Part shown: positions 37,700-50,850 of the stretch, in pieces
Layout of the letters: each line of letters starts with the position of its first letter
How positions within the stretch are numbered: position 1 is the stretch's first letter
Source of the DNA: Ascidiella aspersa
Taxonomy: Eukaryota
Length of the DNA: 64,000 nt
Assembly (NCBI GenBank): GCA_963924565.1
Contig: OZ004612.1
Coordinates: forward strand, 2,232,001 to 2,296,000
Direction of reading: 5' to 3'
Notes under the pieces: generated by a model
Seen by the model: only the letters and a program-made list of their open reading frames with translations
Database searches by the model: none
Told to the model about the DNA's origin: nothing
Made by a program: the position numbers and the translations under genes

Positions 37700-40331
37700 G
37701 TTTTAACTGGTTTCAAACTGTTAAAAGTGCAATTGCTGTAAATTAATGGAATACGGATTACAATGAATCGTTTTGTTTACATGGTAACTACACCTATGTT
37801 TTAAAAACAGCCTCTAACATATTTAGCTTATCACATGTTCTTAACTACAAGCAACCAAGTACTACTGACTGTGCTTTAGCCTACATTGTATCAACAGCAC
37901 TACGTTTGGCCGAACAATACAAGTAGGCTGGCTGTGATGTAACAATAAACTATTGTGACGCGTGAATAAATGTGGAACCTGAACCATTGTTTATCGAAGC
38001 GAGCACTGTGCGAACATAATTCCAGTGATGTTTGTTTCAAACTGGAACTCAGACTAAATGCCCAATTCCAAATGTTATTAGAAACACATATCAATGGAAA
38101 TTCTTGTCTTAATGCATCAACCAATTAATATTTTCGTAAATCCGATATATAACGATATAAAGTAACAATATATGGTTTGAAGCGACTAACATTTGATATC
38201 ATTAAAACCTAATTATTGGAAACTTATAACTCTAAAGCTTTCCAGCTCGACTCTCTTTGGATTTCCTCAACTCTATATTAATAAGTGTTAACACAAAACA
38301 TGATGAGATAAGAAATAAAGCGTGAAGTGTGCAGAGATGTAAAGCGACGAAAGTAACTTGAACGAAGAAGCAAGGTTGAAAATAGAAAGGTAAAATAACA
38401 CACAAACAAACGATAAAAACAGATTCAAAGAAAAACTAGAGTTGCCAAATCGTATTGACAGCAAGGTACAAATGAATAACAAAACATAGGAAAATGCAAA
38501 CATTGATTACGAAAGCTTTAATATTAGCCGATTATTAAAATATCGTGATGTGTACAAGTATTATTCAACTCCCAATCCTAAAGTGTTAATTATTTTCCCT
38601 GATTCATTTTCGTCAATCCTGTGAAAGTTGATTCCGATCTCTCTCGCTCTACAGACTCGAGACTTAAGTAAACACAGGGAAGGTGTTACGTAACAATGCC
38701 GAGCGCTGCGCTGTATTGTGACGCGTGCTGCCAAACAATGGCTTCAGTTCTACAAATGTCCGATCGTTGGTATTTTACAAACTCTGGTTCGCTTGAAATC
38801 GCTTGATATTTAACTTGTAAGCGGGTATCTGAACTAACAACAAAGTGAACAAAGTAATATTTTGTCAACAAAACCACCTTTATTCTAGCTACTTCTTCAA
38901 TTTTAATAAGATCTATAGTTTTTAGTTTACATAAAAGGAAGTTGAATCTTTTTATTTAGTTATATCTCAATATAAATTTTTCAATATTTATCAAAATGTC
39001 TCTATGTTCGCTTCTGGTGCGCTTATGGGGGCTTTCCATTGGAACAGAAAAGTATGAGTTGTGTCGTCACACTCTGCGTCGGGCATCCAGTTAAGTATTC
39101 AGTGAACCAATTTCAGACACATTTGTTGTGTAATTATATGGGCCGAAAATTTATTTTCGGGATATTAAGTTTTACCCAATACAAGTTGGCCGGCTGTGAC
39201 GCGACAATACATAGACAATTAGACCTTGAGCCATTGTTTGTCGAAGCGAGCAACGAGCGAGCAACGATCCCAGTGATGTTTGTTTCAAATTGGTTAAAAG
39301 TTTTTTAGTAAATGTTTCCAATTGTTTCTTTCGACACTTAAAACTAAGGCAAAATGCACAACTATTTATAAGTTTAATAAATAAATACATTCAAATGCGG
39401 TCCTGCAATTGGTAACCTACTGTTTTGTTGATTAAATTAAGTTTAAAACTAAAATTACTGCGTTACATCGGAAACAGAAAATCCGATATTAGTTTGGTAT
39501 CGATCCGGCACCGATACCACCTATATTATCGGACGACAACCGATACTACAACTTGGCATCGCGTAAAAGCTCCGGTCGATGTTATCCTTCTGTATTACTG
39601 ACTTTTGCATAATTTTTTACTGAATTACAGGCACTAAAATTGACTTTTCATTAGGTTCACATTTGGAACCCAGTTAAAAAGCAAGTCCTGGCTGATTGAT
39701 TCTCATCGTGAATTTTTTAATTTTCCCGACGACCTTTAACAGAGTGAAGCTTCCAGCTAACTGTGAAGCAACAGCAACAACTTCGTCCTAAAAATCTTTG
39801 TTCCGATCTCTTTCCTTCTACAGACTTAGACTTAAGTAAACAAAGCAAATGTGTTACGTAACAATGCCGAGCACTGCGCTGTATTGTGACGCGTGCTGCC
39901 AAACAATGACTTCCAGAATGTGACGTCATCGATATGCCCGTTCAGTTTGGCTTAAAATCGCTTGATATTTAACTTGTATGCGGGAACAGGCGACAACTGC
40001 TCTACCAACTGAACAATAAACTTTATTTTAATTCTGCAGAGTTTAGCACAATCAACGTTAGTATCATAAAACAAACAAGATTTAGTATCGATTTAATTAA
40101 TTAACAATTTATAAACAACACATTAAAACACTTAAATGTACATTTTCTTTACTTCATACTAATCCTCTTTAAATAAAATATTTGGCGACCGATAATGATT
40201 TACCAATAGGCCACCTTAAAATTTTACACATAAAATTTGATATTTTGTCTGATAAGCGATATTTAAAGACCACTTTAAGTCAATTTGGCCTTTTCATTCA
40301 AAAGGATCACCAGCAATAATTATTAAGAAGT

Positions 40332-40428
40332 TTATTTTTGCACTTTTAAACCACGTCTTGCAAGTTTTAATATTTTGTCGCATTCTTTAATTCTCTCATT
40401 CGCCAAAGGATGCTGGATTTTTCTGCAC
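40332..40428 (-). pseudogene. C-terminal relic of a deleted NTase-TPR copy, fused to the upstream BEL/Pao fragment
   Basis: Reads CRKIQHPLANERIKECDKILKLARRGLKVQK*, matching the end of copy 4; immediately adjacent to GAACGACCCAATATCTTTGGCGCAGC. Confidence 0.8.
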
Positions 40429-40803
40429 GAACGACCCAATATCTTTGGCGCAGCAAGTTCCATGTTAGGCCCATGTCAGCTGCACTTCTGTTTTATAAAC
40501 AGGTTTAACATATTTAAGCCTTCATGTTAGTTTTAATCTCACCCGTAAAAAACAAACGAGTTTAGTAACTAATTTATATAATTACGCAAAACACAGATGC
40601 AACGATGACATAAAATTAAACTGCATACAATGCTAACGAGTGGCACTTTACATGACGAACTACAATATCAACAAGTCGTTGAAATATTGTTATACGGGCA
40701 AAATAATCAAGTTCAACCTAGTGTTGAGATTCAGTGAAATCTGAAGCAAACTTTTTAAAATATTGCCTTTTACAATATTGTGAAACAAACCAAACGTATT
40801 AAC

Positions 40804-42860
40804 TATATAGAGTTAGCTCCACCAGGCAACATATCAATAAATATAAATCGCTCTTCTGGTGTAAACGAAGTATAAACCGACGTTTCGGCAGCAGATACCA
40901 GCTGACCTCATCAGGGTTAAAATTAAAACGAGAGTGCGTTAGCCATCTTATATACTAAGAAGTAAAAAATTGTAAAAACGTAGATTAAAATTAATAATTC
41001 TAGACGTCGCTGAAGTATGCGATAAGCTGTGACGCGCCGGAGTCATCCGGTGCAGTACTGCGCCGTCGGACAACGGGCGTTTATCAGCTATTGCGTATAG
41101 CTACAACGACGAGTAGATTGCCGGATACCATGAATCCTTTTTATTCATGGTGTTAGGAGATTTGTCAATCCGGAATGATTCAATGAACCGTCTTTTGTAA
41201 TAGTGCGGTTCCCAGTCTAGAATTTTACAGTTATCCCAATCAATTCCGTGTCGGAGTTCAACCGCATGATCTGCCAGAGCTGACCGGGATGCCTTTTCGT
41301 GGCGGACATCACGCATGTGTTCGAGTTTCCTGGTATGAAAGGAACGTTTAGTTTCCCCTATGTATGTTGCTGAACAACCTCCACAGGGAATCTCATAAAC
41401 TGCCCCTTGACGTTTTTCTGGTTTGACTGGATCTTTAGTTGAAGGTAAAATATTTCCAATTTTTCTGGCTGGTTTAAAAGCTGTAGAGATGTGGTGGCCC
41501 TTCAAAATGCGTTTTAATTTTTCTCCCAGACCTGGAATGTAGGGAATAATGGCCAGACCTTTAGATTCTGGTTTAGATGTTAAATGGTTGGTTTTGTTAC
41601 GAGGTTTGAACAACCAGTCGGGGTATCCGTTTAATCTCATGGCCTTCTTAACATGTTTAATTTCGTTGCCTTCGTCCTGATAGTTACTGCAAAGTTTTGA
41701 AGCTCGGTGTAGCAGGGAACTCACAACCGAGCGTTTGTGTTGTAAAGGGTGGTCTGATCTGAAATTCAAGTAGCGATCTGAATGTGTTAATTTTCTAAAT
41801 ACCTTGGAAGATAATTTAACTGACCGGTTACGAGTGATTAATGAATCCAAGAATGAAATTGAGCATTTGTTCTCTGTTTCCATAGTGAATTTAATGGTAG
41901 GTTCCAAGCTGTTCAAGTGGTCCAGGAACTGCTGTATCAAGTTTGTTTTTATTATGACAAACGTATCATCTACGTATCTTCGCCACATTCGCGGGGGGGT
42001 ATGGAATGAATTCATGGCCCGTTGTTCGATGTCCTCCATAACCAAGTTTGCCACAGTTACTGAAACCGGTGATCCCATAGCTGTTCCAAATATCTGTTTG
42101 TAATGTTTTCCTTTGAATTTAAGGTATGTAGATTCTAGGCATATAGTTAACCCTTCTAGTATATCATTAATATTAAACTTAGTCCTGTTTTCCAGTGTGT
42201 TGTCTTGGTTAAGACGTTCTTTAGCTACTTGTATAGCCAGGTTAGCGGGGACATTGGTGAACAGGGAGGTAACGTCGAACGAGACCATGCTTTCATCTTC
42301 TTTTATTTGAAAATTTGTAATTTCTTCAACGAAACCAATCGAGTTTTTAACATGATATTCTGTTTGACCTAAAAGAGGGGATAAAATTAAAGAAATACGT
42401 TTAGCTAAGTTATACGTGGGGGACCCAATGAATGAAACAATAGGCCTAAGCGGGATTTCCGGTTTGTGTATTTTGGGTAACCCATAGAGTAATGGTGATG
42501 TAGCATCAGAACTTTTGAGAAGGTTCCATTCATAGTTGTTCACCTTCTCTTCTTTCTTCAGCCGTTGCATGTACCTGTTAAGTTGTTTTTCTATACCTTT
42601 AGTGGGATTAACCGTAACAGGACAGTAAGTGTCCCTGTCTGCCAACATATTGTGAAGTTTATTATCGTACTCAGATTTATCCATAACAACTGTAACATTA
42701 CCTTTGTCCGCCCGTTGAATTACCAAACCTGTGTTATTTTTGAGCTCTTTTAAGGCTTGTTTTTCGTCCGGTTGGAGGTTGGGTTCGATTGTTTTGTGGG
42801 ATTTTAAACCTGAAATAACTTTACCTCTTACCAGATTAGCTTCACCGGGGGGTAATCTCC
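40804..42860 (-). mobile_element. 5'-truncated Penelope-like retroelement
   Basis: RT plus GIY-YIG ORF followed by a 3' region containing a hammerhead; both flanks resume the host duplication unit seen uninterrupted at ~16440-16530. Confidence 0.92.
40874..40918 (-). ncRNA. Minimal type I hammerhead ribozyme in the Penelope 3' repeat
   Basis: Minus strand reads AACC-CUGAUGA-GGUCAGC(UGGUAUCU)GCUGCC-GAAAC-GUC-GGUU: full core, stem I AACC/GGUU, palindromic ACGU stem III. Confidence 0.8.
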
Positions 42861-42903
42861 AGGGATCACCAAGCCATAGCCCGGTACCAGACAAATCAAA
42901 CAT
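41101..42903 (-). CDS. Penelope-like reverse transcriptase with GIY-YIG endonuclease (N-terminally truncated; first ~15 codons are host flank)
   Basis: ADKGN, YGLPKIHKP..PLRPI, SFDVTSLFT, GTAMGSP, RYVDDTF and GAVYEIPCGGCSATYIGET motifs. Confidence 0.92.
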   Translation of the reverse strand: MFDLSGTGLWLGDPWRLPPGEANLVRGKVISGLKSHKTIEPNLQPDEKQALKELKNNTGLVIQRADKGNVTVVMDKSEYDNKLHNMLADRDTYCPVTVNPTKGIEKQLNRYMQRLKKEEKVNNYEWNLLKSSDATSPLLYGLPKIHKPEIPLRPIVSFIGSPTYNLAKRISLILSPLLGQTEYHVKNSIGFVEEITNFQIKEDESMVSFDVTSLFTNVPANLAIQVAKERLNQDNTLENRTKFNINDILEGLTICLESTYLKFKGKHYKQIFGTAMGSPVSVTVANLVMEDIEQRAMNSFHTPPRMWRRYVDDTFVIIKTNLIQQFLDHLNSLEPTIKFTMETENKCSISFLDSLITRNRSVKLSSKVFRKLTHSDRYLNFRSDHPLQHKRSVVSSLLHRASKLCSNYQDEGNEIKHVKKAMRLNGYPDWLFKPRNKTNHLTSKPESKGLAIIPYIPGLGEKLKRILKGHHISTAFKPARKIGNILPSTKDPVKPEKRQGAVYEIPCGGCSATYIGETKRSFHTRKLEHMRDVRHEKASRSALADHAVELRHGIDWDNCKILDWEPHYYKRRFIESFRIDKSPNTMNKKDSWYPAIYSSL

Positions 42904-43890
42904 TACACGGGAACCACATATAAACTAAATTAAATCGAAATTCTCAAACACGGGCCGCTTAACATTTTGTGAGGTCGCGACGCAATGTGAAGTACAAAGT
43001 AATATGTTTTTTCAGTATTTCAAGTGTTTTACTTTTTCGCCCAAAGCAAACATATACAGCTATGGATTTAAAGCAGATTATGCGATATTTTATTTACTGT
43101 GTAACTCATAGACCTTTTATAATGTCTATCATTGTATCGTGGTTCAACCCTAGGCAAGTGCCACTTATATACCCAGCAAAAAAATATCCGCGAAAAATTG
43201 GTAACTTTAATTTTGCCGAAATATTTTATATTTTATTCAGAAGGTGTTTTAGTGTGTCACCTATATACAGAGCATAAAGCATAGAGTAAAACAGGGCAAA
43301 TTCAGGGGCGGGGCGATTACCTCGTAAAAACGTAATATTTGTTTAACTAATTTATTCAAACTTTCGCACTTGCAAATTTTATCAGGTCAAATACGCGCTT
43401 ACATATTGGCATTTTTACAACTAGGTTAACGATAAAATGTATCCAGCTTCCTAAACGCTTTTTGTTTGCACCTTTGCTGCTTGTTCAGAGGCAGCACTAT
43501 CTACAATTTCTGCGTTAATAAGTTCATCCAGTTATTTTTCGTTAAAGGGCGCGAAATTATAACGTTTATGTTATATGGTTATTGATCGTTAATGGCACCA
43601 ACTTTGGAATGTGCATAATCTATTTTGCATTTCGTTGCTGTTTACGTTGTTCGTGCGTTTGCAGTCTTACCGTTCTGGTAAATGCTTCTAATACAATTCG
43701 TTTCCCAAATCCTGATGAACATTATTGTATAAGGCAAAATAATTTTTGTGAACCTAATGCGTAAGTTTCTTTTAAAGTGAAGCGTTTGTCAATTGAAACC
43801 AATTAGAATTCCGAACGCGTCTCGCACATTTTTATCTCCTTTTTTCTTATTGTGATTTTACTTTGTGTCTAGTTGGCTTTGTGTGTCAGT

Positions 43891-43930
43891 CCCTGACGAA
43901 GGCTTGCCGGGTAGTAAGCCGAAACGTTGG
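43891..43930 (+). ncRNA. Second minimal hammerhead-like motif, probably in a relic Penelope terminal repeat of another family
   Basis: CC-CUGACGA-A-GGCUUGC(CGGGUA)GUAAGCC-GAAAC-GUU-GG; 7-bp stem II but only a 2-bp stem I. Confidence 0.6.
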
Positions 43931-46436
43931 TAGAAAATAATATAAATTGCCAGAGGAACCTGTTTTAAATATATGGATATGATGTGCAAGATGCGTTTTT
44001 ATGAGTTATCTTAGACATAACAGTCAACATTACAAAAGTAGGGTATAATTAAAAAACAATACAAAAATGCAAAGAACAATTTTACCGAACGAAATATAAA
44101 TAACGTATTTACAAAGTGTTATCATTGTTAATGTGAACCATGAGCTTCATGTTTAAAACAAAAAAAAACAATGAAAATTGAGCAGAAAAGCATGTATTTT
44201 TTTCCGAAGATTATAAAGTGTTCCTTTTTTTTTGTTAAAATATCTGTAATGGCACTAAAACCACATGCAACTAAATATGTAGTCGGAAAGGGAAGAAGTG
44301 TTTGCTCTGCAACGGTTGATTTGGCAAACTTAGAACAAACTTGTGGATCCTACCACATTAGCTGTTTTTAAATGAATGAATTGGAAAAAGTCGCTCTCGA
44401 GCACTTGCTTTGGCATTTTGCAGAATTCAAAATATATACTTGACCTGGGCAACCTTATGTTTTACCCTTTCTTTACTTTACTTTTACGTATCACTTTTAC
44501 AAACATGCAAAAAGTTAAAACAAACAAACAGTATAAGACATACACCTGGTGCTAGTAAACTTTACTTATTGTGACGAAACAATAGGTATTGTAAACCAAC
44601 CTGAGTCTATTATGACGTAGGTTTAACATAGTTAAAGAAGCATATTGTTTTCACGTAAGGCTACTTTAAGTCTTATAGCAGGTAGACGTTCACATTTAAA
44701 CTTTGTGCAAAATTTAAAATTCCCCCTGAAGTGAGCCACGTGGCTCCCTTTGAGAACCACTGCTCTAGATAAATAATACTCTTACTTTAGTTTTTTGCGG
44801 ATAATAAAGAGAGCAATAAGTTCATTCCGTGCTGAATTTGAACTAAACTTTTTAGCAGCTAAACTTTTTTTTTTTTTTTGGATTATTTTGCTACATGAAA
44901 AACTAGTCAAAAACCCTATTATTTTATTATTTTGTCGTAAATGCCGGCGAAGTTGATTAAAAATATCTTGACTCACAAACGACTTCTTACAGATTTTGTT
45001 ATTTTGCGCAAATCCCAAAGCTTGTTGTTGTTTGAATTAGTGATTTTATCTAATTACTTCTAAAAGTGTTTAAAATCGTCGCAATTTTCCCCTAAATACT
45101 TTTGCACCGAGTTAAAACCATTTAAAACAAAAAAATAATCGAATATTTCTTCTGATTCATTTTCGTCCATTCTTTGAAAGTTGATTCCGATCTCTCTCGT
45201 TCTATAGACTCGTGACTTAAGCAAACAAACGGAAGGTGTTACGTAACAATACCGAGCGCTGCGCTGTGCTGTGACGCGTGCTGCCAAACAATGCCTTGAG
45301 TTTTAGAATGTGACGTCCTCGATATTTTACAAACTCTGGTTCGCTTGAAATCGCTTGATATTTAACTTGTATGGGGGAATGGGCGACCACTGCTCTACCA
45401 ACTGAACTATCAACAAAGTGAACTAATATTTATTAGGAATTAGAGACAATTTTAATTGAAGAACAATTAGGGAACAAACACTAAAATATACATTTTCTAA
45501 ACTTTATGTTATGCTTCTCCAAATCAAATAATTGGTAGCTGCAAATCATTTACCAATAAGGCACATGAAAGAACCTGAATAGTATTTTAAGTCAGGCATT
45601 ATACGAATTTCAATAAAATTAGTTATGGCTATACTTTTTAAGTTATGTTCCTGTGACCTATGGTAATATCCTATACTCGTTTAATAAGTAACAAAACCTA
45701 AAGTCGCTGAGTGAGTTCTATTCGGGTAATTATAATTCCTATTCTGTCCTTAGAAAGACAAAATTTACTAATTCAAAATAGATTGTGCTACATGAGCGCT
45801 ATTAATTATCACCAAACGAGAGGTATTAATATTCGGCATTATACAAATCTTAAATCATAACATGTTACTACAATAACCACAAATCAAGACTGGCAAATCA
45901 GCACCGAATCGTTCTCAAATATATAGCACAAAAGCAAATTTCGCAAAGTCTTAACGCTCATAACCCTATTTCTGGCCAAGTTAGTAATTTTAGAAGCGCA
46001 AAAGTCCAGCAGTCACTTGTCGACCGGCAGACGAGAAAAGGCCAACAGGAAATTACCAAGTAAACAGAACACAGCACTGGGCGCCCAATTATCTCGCCCG
46101 AGTGACCATTGCTTCGGGCAGCGAATTTCGCTCGCACGCCCAGGTAACATCAACAATGTATGCTCTAAATGACAGAAATACAACCTTGGTAACGTACACA
46201 AAAAAGATAGAAAGGAACAGATTATAACTATATTAACTTCGAAATGCAAAAACACTTTAGAATAATCGCCGTCCTAAAACCTATTTAACAATTCGTAATA
46301 ACTCCTAATGATAGTGGAACTTGAGATTATATAACAAATTTAGGTGTTTACTGTGTTGATAAACACGTAAAAGCCACGCCAAGTCATTAGGACGACATTT
46401 AAGGTTTTAAATTAAAGGAAATAACTAGGAAGAAGT

Positions 46437-49400
46437 TTATTTTTTTGATTTCAAACTACGTTTTGCAAGTTTTTTTATTTTGTAGCATTCTTTAATTTTC
46501 TCACTCGCAAAAGGATGGTTGATTTTTCTGCACAACTTGATTGCTGTTTTCGAACTCTGCATTGCTTTGTCATGTAGCTCCATCTTCAAATAACATTCAC
46601 CGATTCTCAAGTGACAACTTGCAGTAAGCATCGCTAACTCTTTATCGGGATCCGACGTCGAATGAAGTTCGATTCCTTGTTCAAAGCATTTCACTGCATT
46701 TTCAAACTTGGGAAGTTGTTGAAACGAAAAGCCGACATCATAAAATAAATATTTTCGTTTTTCTAATGGAAGCTGTTTTATATATTCTTGTCCTTTTTCG
46801 AAATAATACACAACCTTCTTATGTTTCTTTAGTTTAAAGCTACAGCTAATGAGTTCCACGAAACAACTTTGAATCATGACATCTCTCTTGGTAGTTTTAT
46901 GAAAACCAAAAAACATTCCCAGAGAAGTTTCCAGTGTGTCATAAGCTTCCTCGTATCGATTACGATCAAGTTGGTTGAGACAAATTCCAGCGTTTAATTT
47001 CGCATTTGCAACTAACCGCACAAAGACATGTCCCTGATGTCCATCGCATATGGAGATTACTTCTTTATACTGATCTAATGCTAATTCGTACTTATTGTTG
47101 ATTTCATTATTTACTCCAACACACAAATACATATTAGCTCTGACACGAACTTTGCTTTGCTGAAATTGTTTACTTGAGGGGTAGAGCTCATAAGCTTCCT
47201 TATACAATTCACTTGCTCGTAGAAAATTTTCCTTTTTTAGGTGGATTTTAGCCCGGAACCATTTGCATACAGCAGGGAGATGATATTTGTCGTCTGGAAC
47301 AAAATGTTTACTCTTAGAGATATTTTCCGCGCTTTCAATCGCTATTTCAGCTTCTGTGTAGTTTTCCATTGCGATGTAAGTTTTACCAAGATCCAGCAAC
47401 GCAACTGCTGTGTCGTGATCTGAAGTTTCATCGAAGGCCTTTTCACAACATTGATGTAGATATTTTTTGCCATATTTAATGCTTTGTTTGTAATCACCAA
47501 TTCCACGGTAATATCGAGACAAAAGTAGCTTTGCAGTTTTCGAAACATTGTCGTTTAGAACAAGGTAAATCATGTTACCGACCTTCTCAAACAAGACCTC
47601 TTCTAAATATAATCCCAATAACTTACATTTAACATCTCGCATATCCATATCTGTGCTGCTGGAATGCAAAGCTTTTTCGTAGCATTTAATCGCATCTAAG
47701 TTCATTCCAAGAACATTGTAACAATGTCCTATAATGGACAACGTTACAGGTCGATTTTGATCTTGGTTTCCCAAACAATCCAATGAACGTTGAAAGCACT
47801 CTAAAGCGGTTTCATACTGATTAACTTTAAAGTGGCACATACCTTCATATGATTTGCATGCTTTTTCTTCTTGGAATGCAAATATATTTTTGCTTCTAGC
47901 ATTTTTCATGACGTTCATTGCTTCGTTATACAAACGTAAAGACATAAGCGAAACTACAACACGAAACCAAGATGATTCTTTTAGTTCAGATTGACTGATG
48001 GTGAACATTTGCAAAGTAGAAGCTGAAGAGAAAAATGCAACAATACTTGATTTTCCAAATTCTTCGAGTAACAAATCAGGAAAAGGTTCGAATCTTGCGT
48101 CAAGATGATCACACTGGCGGGAGTATTTGAAGTAAACCCGCAACCTAACTTCACAGGCGAAAGCAAGTGCGAACATAAAATCATCCGATTGTTGCTGTGA
48201 TATTTGGCTTGGAGTCAATTCTCGCAGAATATCGAAAGAAGACGACGATTTGCATATATGTCTTCTACCAAGTGCTGCTATAAACAAAGTGACGCTTCGA
48301 AATACGACGCTTTTGATGTTTACTGAGTTTTCATTATGTATCAAAGCCAAGCATTCATCTGTGTTGAATTTGTCAGTATCTTCCTTTAGTTGTTTTTCTA
48401 GATTCTCATCGCAACGAGGTTGTTGTAAGAAGTCAACGGTTTTCATCTTCATTTGATCGTAGATTGCATCTTCGCCACAAACAAAGCATATTTTAGTTAA
48501 AATATTACCCAAGTGGTAACCGTTCTTAAAGTCAATATCCCGTCCAAGATATTTAGTCATTTCAGAAACAGGTTTGATCAGCTCAGTATCCCAGGGTTTG
48601 TTCGGTGTAGCTGACCTACCAAGTGGGAACTTGCAAGCAAAAGTAACCATTCCATCAAACGAAATGCCACGAGGTGTGTGCGCATCAAAGAACCAGCCCT
48701 TACCATTATTTTCCTCGGGATCATTAATGAAAGGCAACGAAACGTGAGGTATTATGGTTTCACCAAAATTTACAACCACAACTTGAAACATCACAGACAC
48801 CCAACGGAAATATTCAAGTATATCGTCATAATCTGAACGATTTTGAACACCCATTCCAACCAAAGCATATTTACAAGGAGCTGGACCTGTAGCTTCCACA
48901 CAAAACTCCATTATATCTGCCATGAGCCATTTGTATTTTTCTGTGATGATTGTATCAGACTAGCTCTACGTTGATCGGATTCTGCAAGTGAAATTGCTTT
49001 TAACGCAATGTCCTTTATCCAATGCCTAAAGTCTTTTATTTTAGTGACAGATGCTTTCACCAGTTCCTTCAAACTGTCCACACTGGTTTCATGGCTGCCA
49101 GCAAGTTGAAGAACACGCGAACAAAGCTCATCGAGATCTTTCTTAATCTCAGCAACGTTGCCAGGATTTCTCACAATAGCTGCTTTTAACAAAACGGCGC
49201 TTCGAATATATTTTCTTGTCGCGTCCTTTAGTTAGTCGTGCAATTTTTTGATACGCAAGGCCGAGTTTGTGGATGATTTTTGCAGATTTCTGTGGCTCTT
49301 TCTCTTTTCCATTCGCATAGCAGCATTCTTCTGACTTTAAATATTTTGCTAAAGGTTCAGTAAAGCTTGTCAAATATTCAACAGACACAATGTTTCCCAT
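46437..49400 (-). pseudogene. NTase-TPR family copy 5 (MGN-type start); two 5' frameshifts and an in-frame 66-bp deletion of the catalytic motif; residual 828-aa ORF 46437..48923
   Basis: 5-bp deletion at ~49207 and net 13-bp deletion at ~48950 relative to paralogs; YALVGMG|VQNRSDY junction at ~48851. Confidence 0.88.
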
Positions 49401-49525
49401 TTTAGGATTAAAATGATCAGCTATGAAAAAGAAAGTGTAACTTTCTTAAAAAAGAAAATTAAATTTAAACAAATGAAAATTCAACTAGCAGAATAAAGCT
49501 AGCTCAATTTAGGTCAGTCAATCTT

Positions 49526-49528
<3 letters not shown>

Positions 49529-49560
<32 letters not shown>
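49529..49560. repeat. (AT)16 microsatellite
   Basis: Direct observation; much shorter at the paralogous site ~61184-61193. Confidence 0.9.
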
Positions 49561-49564
<4 letters not shown>

Positions 49565-49711
49565 CAACCAAACCGTCGTCAGTATATTCTAATTAATGTA
49601 AATTTCTATTAAATAAAACGTAGAACGAATAATAATTAATCGAATGTTTCTAACTAATCTTAATTCAAAACTTAACTTTGAACATGGTGGAGAAATTTTT
49701 AAGTATATATT

Positions 49712-49819
49712 TTCATCACGTTCCTTTCCGTTTGCGTAACATAATGACTTTAATTCATTTAAAAGTTCAAAAGTTTTACCTTTGCAAATACAAGCTTTAT
49801 TATCTGAACACCCTTGCAT
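49712..49819 (-). pseudogene. Truncated MQGC-type 5' relic upstream of copy 5
   Basis: MQGCSDNKACICKGKTFELLNELKSLCYANGKERDE, then unrelated sequence. Confidence 0.8.
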
Positions 49820-50599
49820 ATTTTTACTGATTGTTTAAAGTAGCGCAAAACAGATGGAAATCAATCGTGTTATTTGAACATCAACTACTTATCTGTTTGA
49901 ACAAACTATAAAACGACTTCTAAACTACAAGCAACCAAGTACTACTGGCTGTGCTTTAGCCTGCATTGTAACAATGGCTGAAAAACAGTAAAATAGGCTG
50001 GTTGTGACGCGACAATACACGATTGAGGTCTCTGGCGCTTTTTGTGCGTTGGCAATAAAACGAGCGTGACGAGTTATACGACGATTCCTGCAATTCGACT
50101 GTTTGTCGAACGCAAACATCGAAGGGAAATGCTTTAAATGTTTGTTTTTCGCCCAAATCTGAACGAAAGTATTTTAGGGCGAGGTAGCAAATTGTAGGTC
50201 GAGGATTAAGTTAGATCAATGGTGGGAAGTTATTTTTTACCCCCAGCCACATGTGAATCATAAAATAATATATCGAGTCCAAAATACAATCAGAATGTCA
50301 CACTATATGGCGTCATACTGAGTCGCTATAAAGAAGTATTTTTGCGAAACCTGATATTATCATAACTTTGTTATAGTTTTCGCAAATATGCAACCGAAGT
50401 TGAATGTCAAGAAAAATCGACAAGACGTCGCGTAAAACGCGAAACAATTGCTTCCAATTAGTAGTTTAAAATGCAAACTATAATTAAGATTTAGAGGGGT
50501 AACGAAATACGCACAGATAAAATATATGCACATTTCTCAAAATGTTGGCTTTTATTAAGTTGTGGGGGCGTTGATTCAACAGCGGTAAGGTTGCGCACA

Positions 50600-50850
50600 C
50601 AAAGTACGTAAAAAAAGCGCTTGACTTGGCTACGGCCTTGTTTAACCACGAGCGGAGCAAAACATTGGGCGCCCACAAATGAGAATGGCGGATGGTTGGG
50701 CGTGATGCGCTCACGCGGTAAGTCGGCCATATTCTCTTGTCCGCTGGCCGCATTTCGTCGGCGACAGAAAATGCATTTTCCAAGCACTCGTCGTACAGCA
50801 ACTCCTCCGCAAACGACCTAATATTCTTGGCGCAGCAAGTTCCATGTTAG
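50600..50850 (-). mobile_element. BEL/Pao integrase fragment
   Basis: LGKCIFCRRRNAASGQENMADLPRERITPNHPPFSFVGAQCFAPLVVKQGRSQVKR. Confidence 0.8.

Noticed and set aside
45626-46377. ~750-bp insertion 3' of copy 5 with weak TGGCT...AGCCA termini
   Set aside because: Appears absent from the copy 4 flank, but termini and TSD are too weak to classify.
49589-49819. Alternative first coding exon for copy 5
   Set aside because: No clear donor after the homologous part, and the equivalent stub upstream of copy 6 has lost its ATG and has an early stop.
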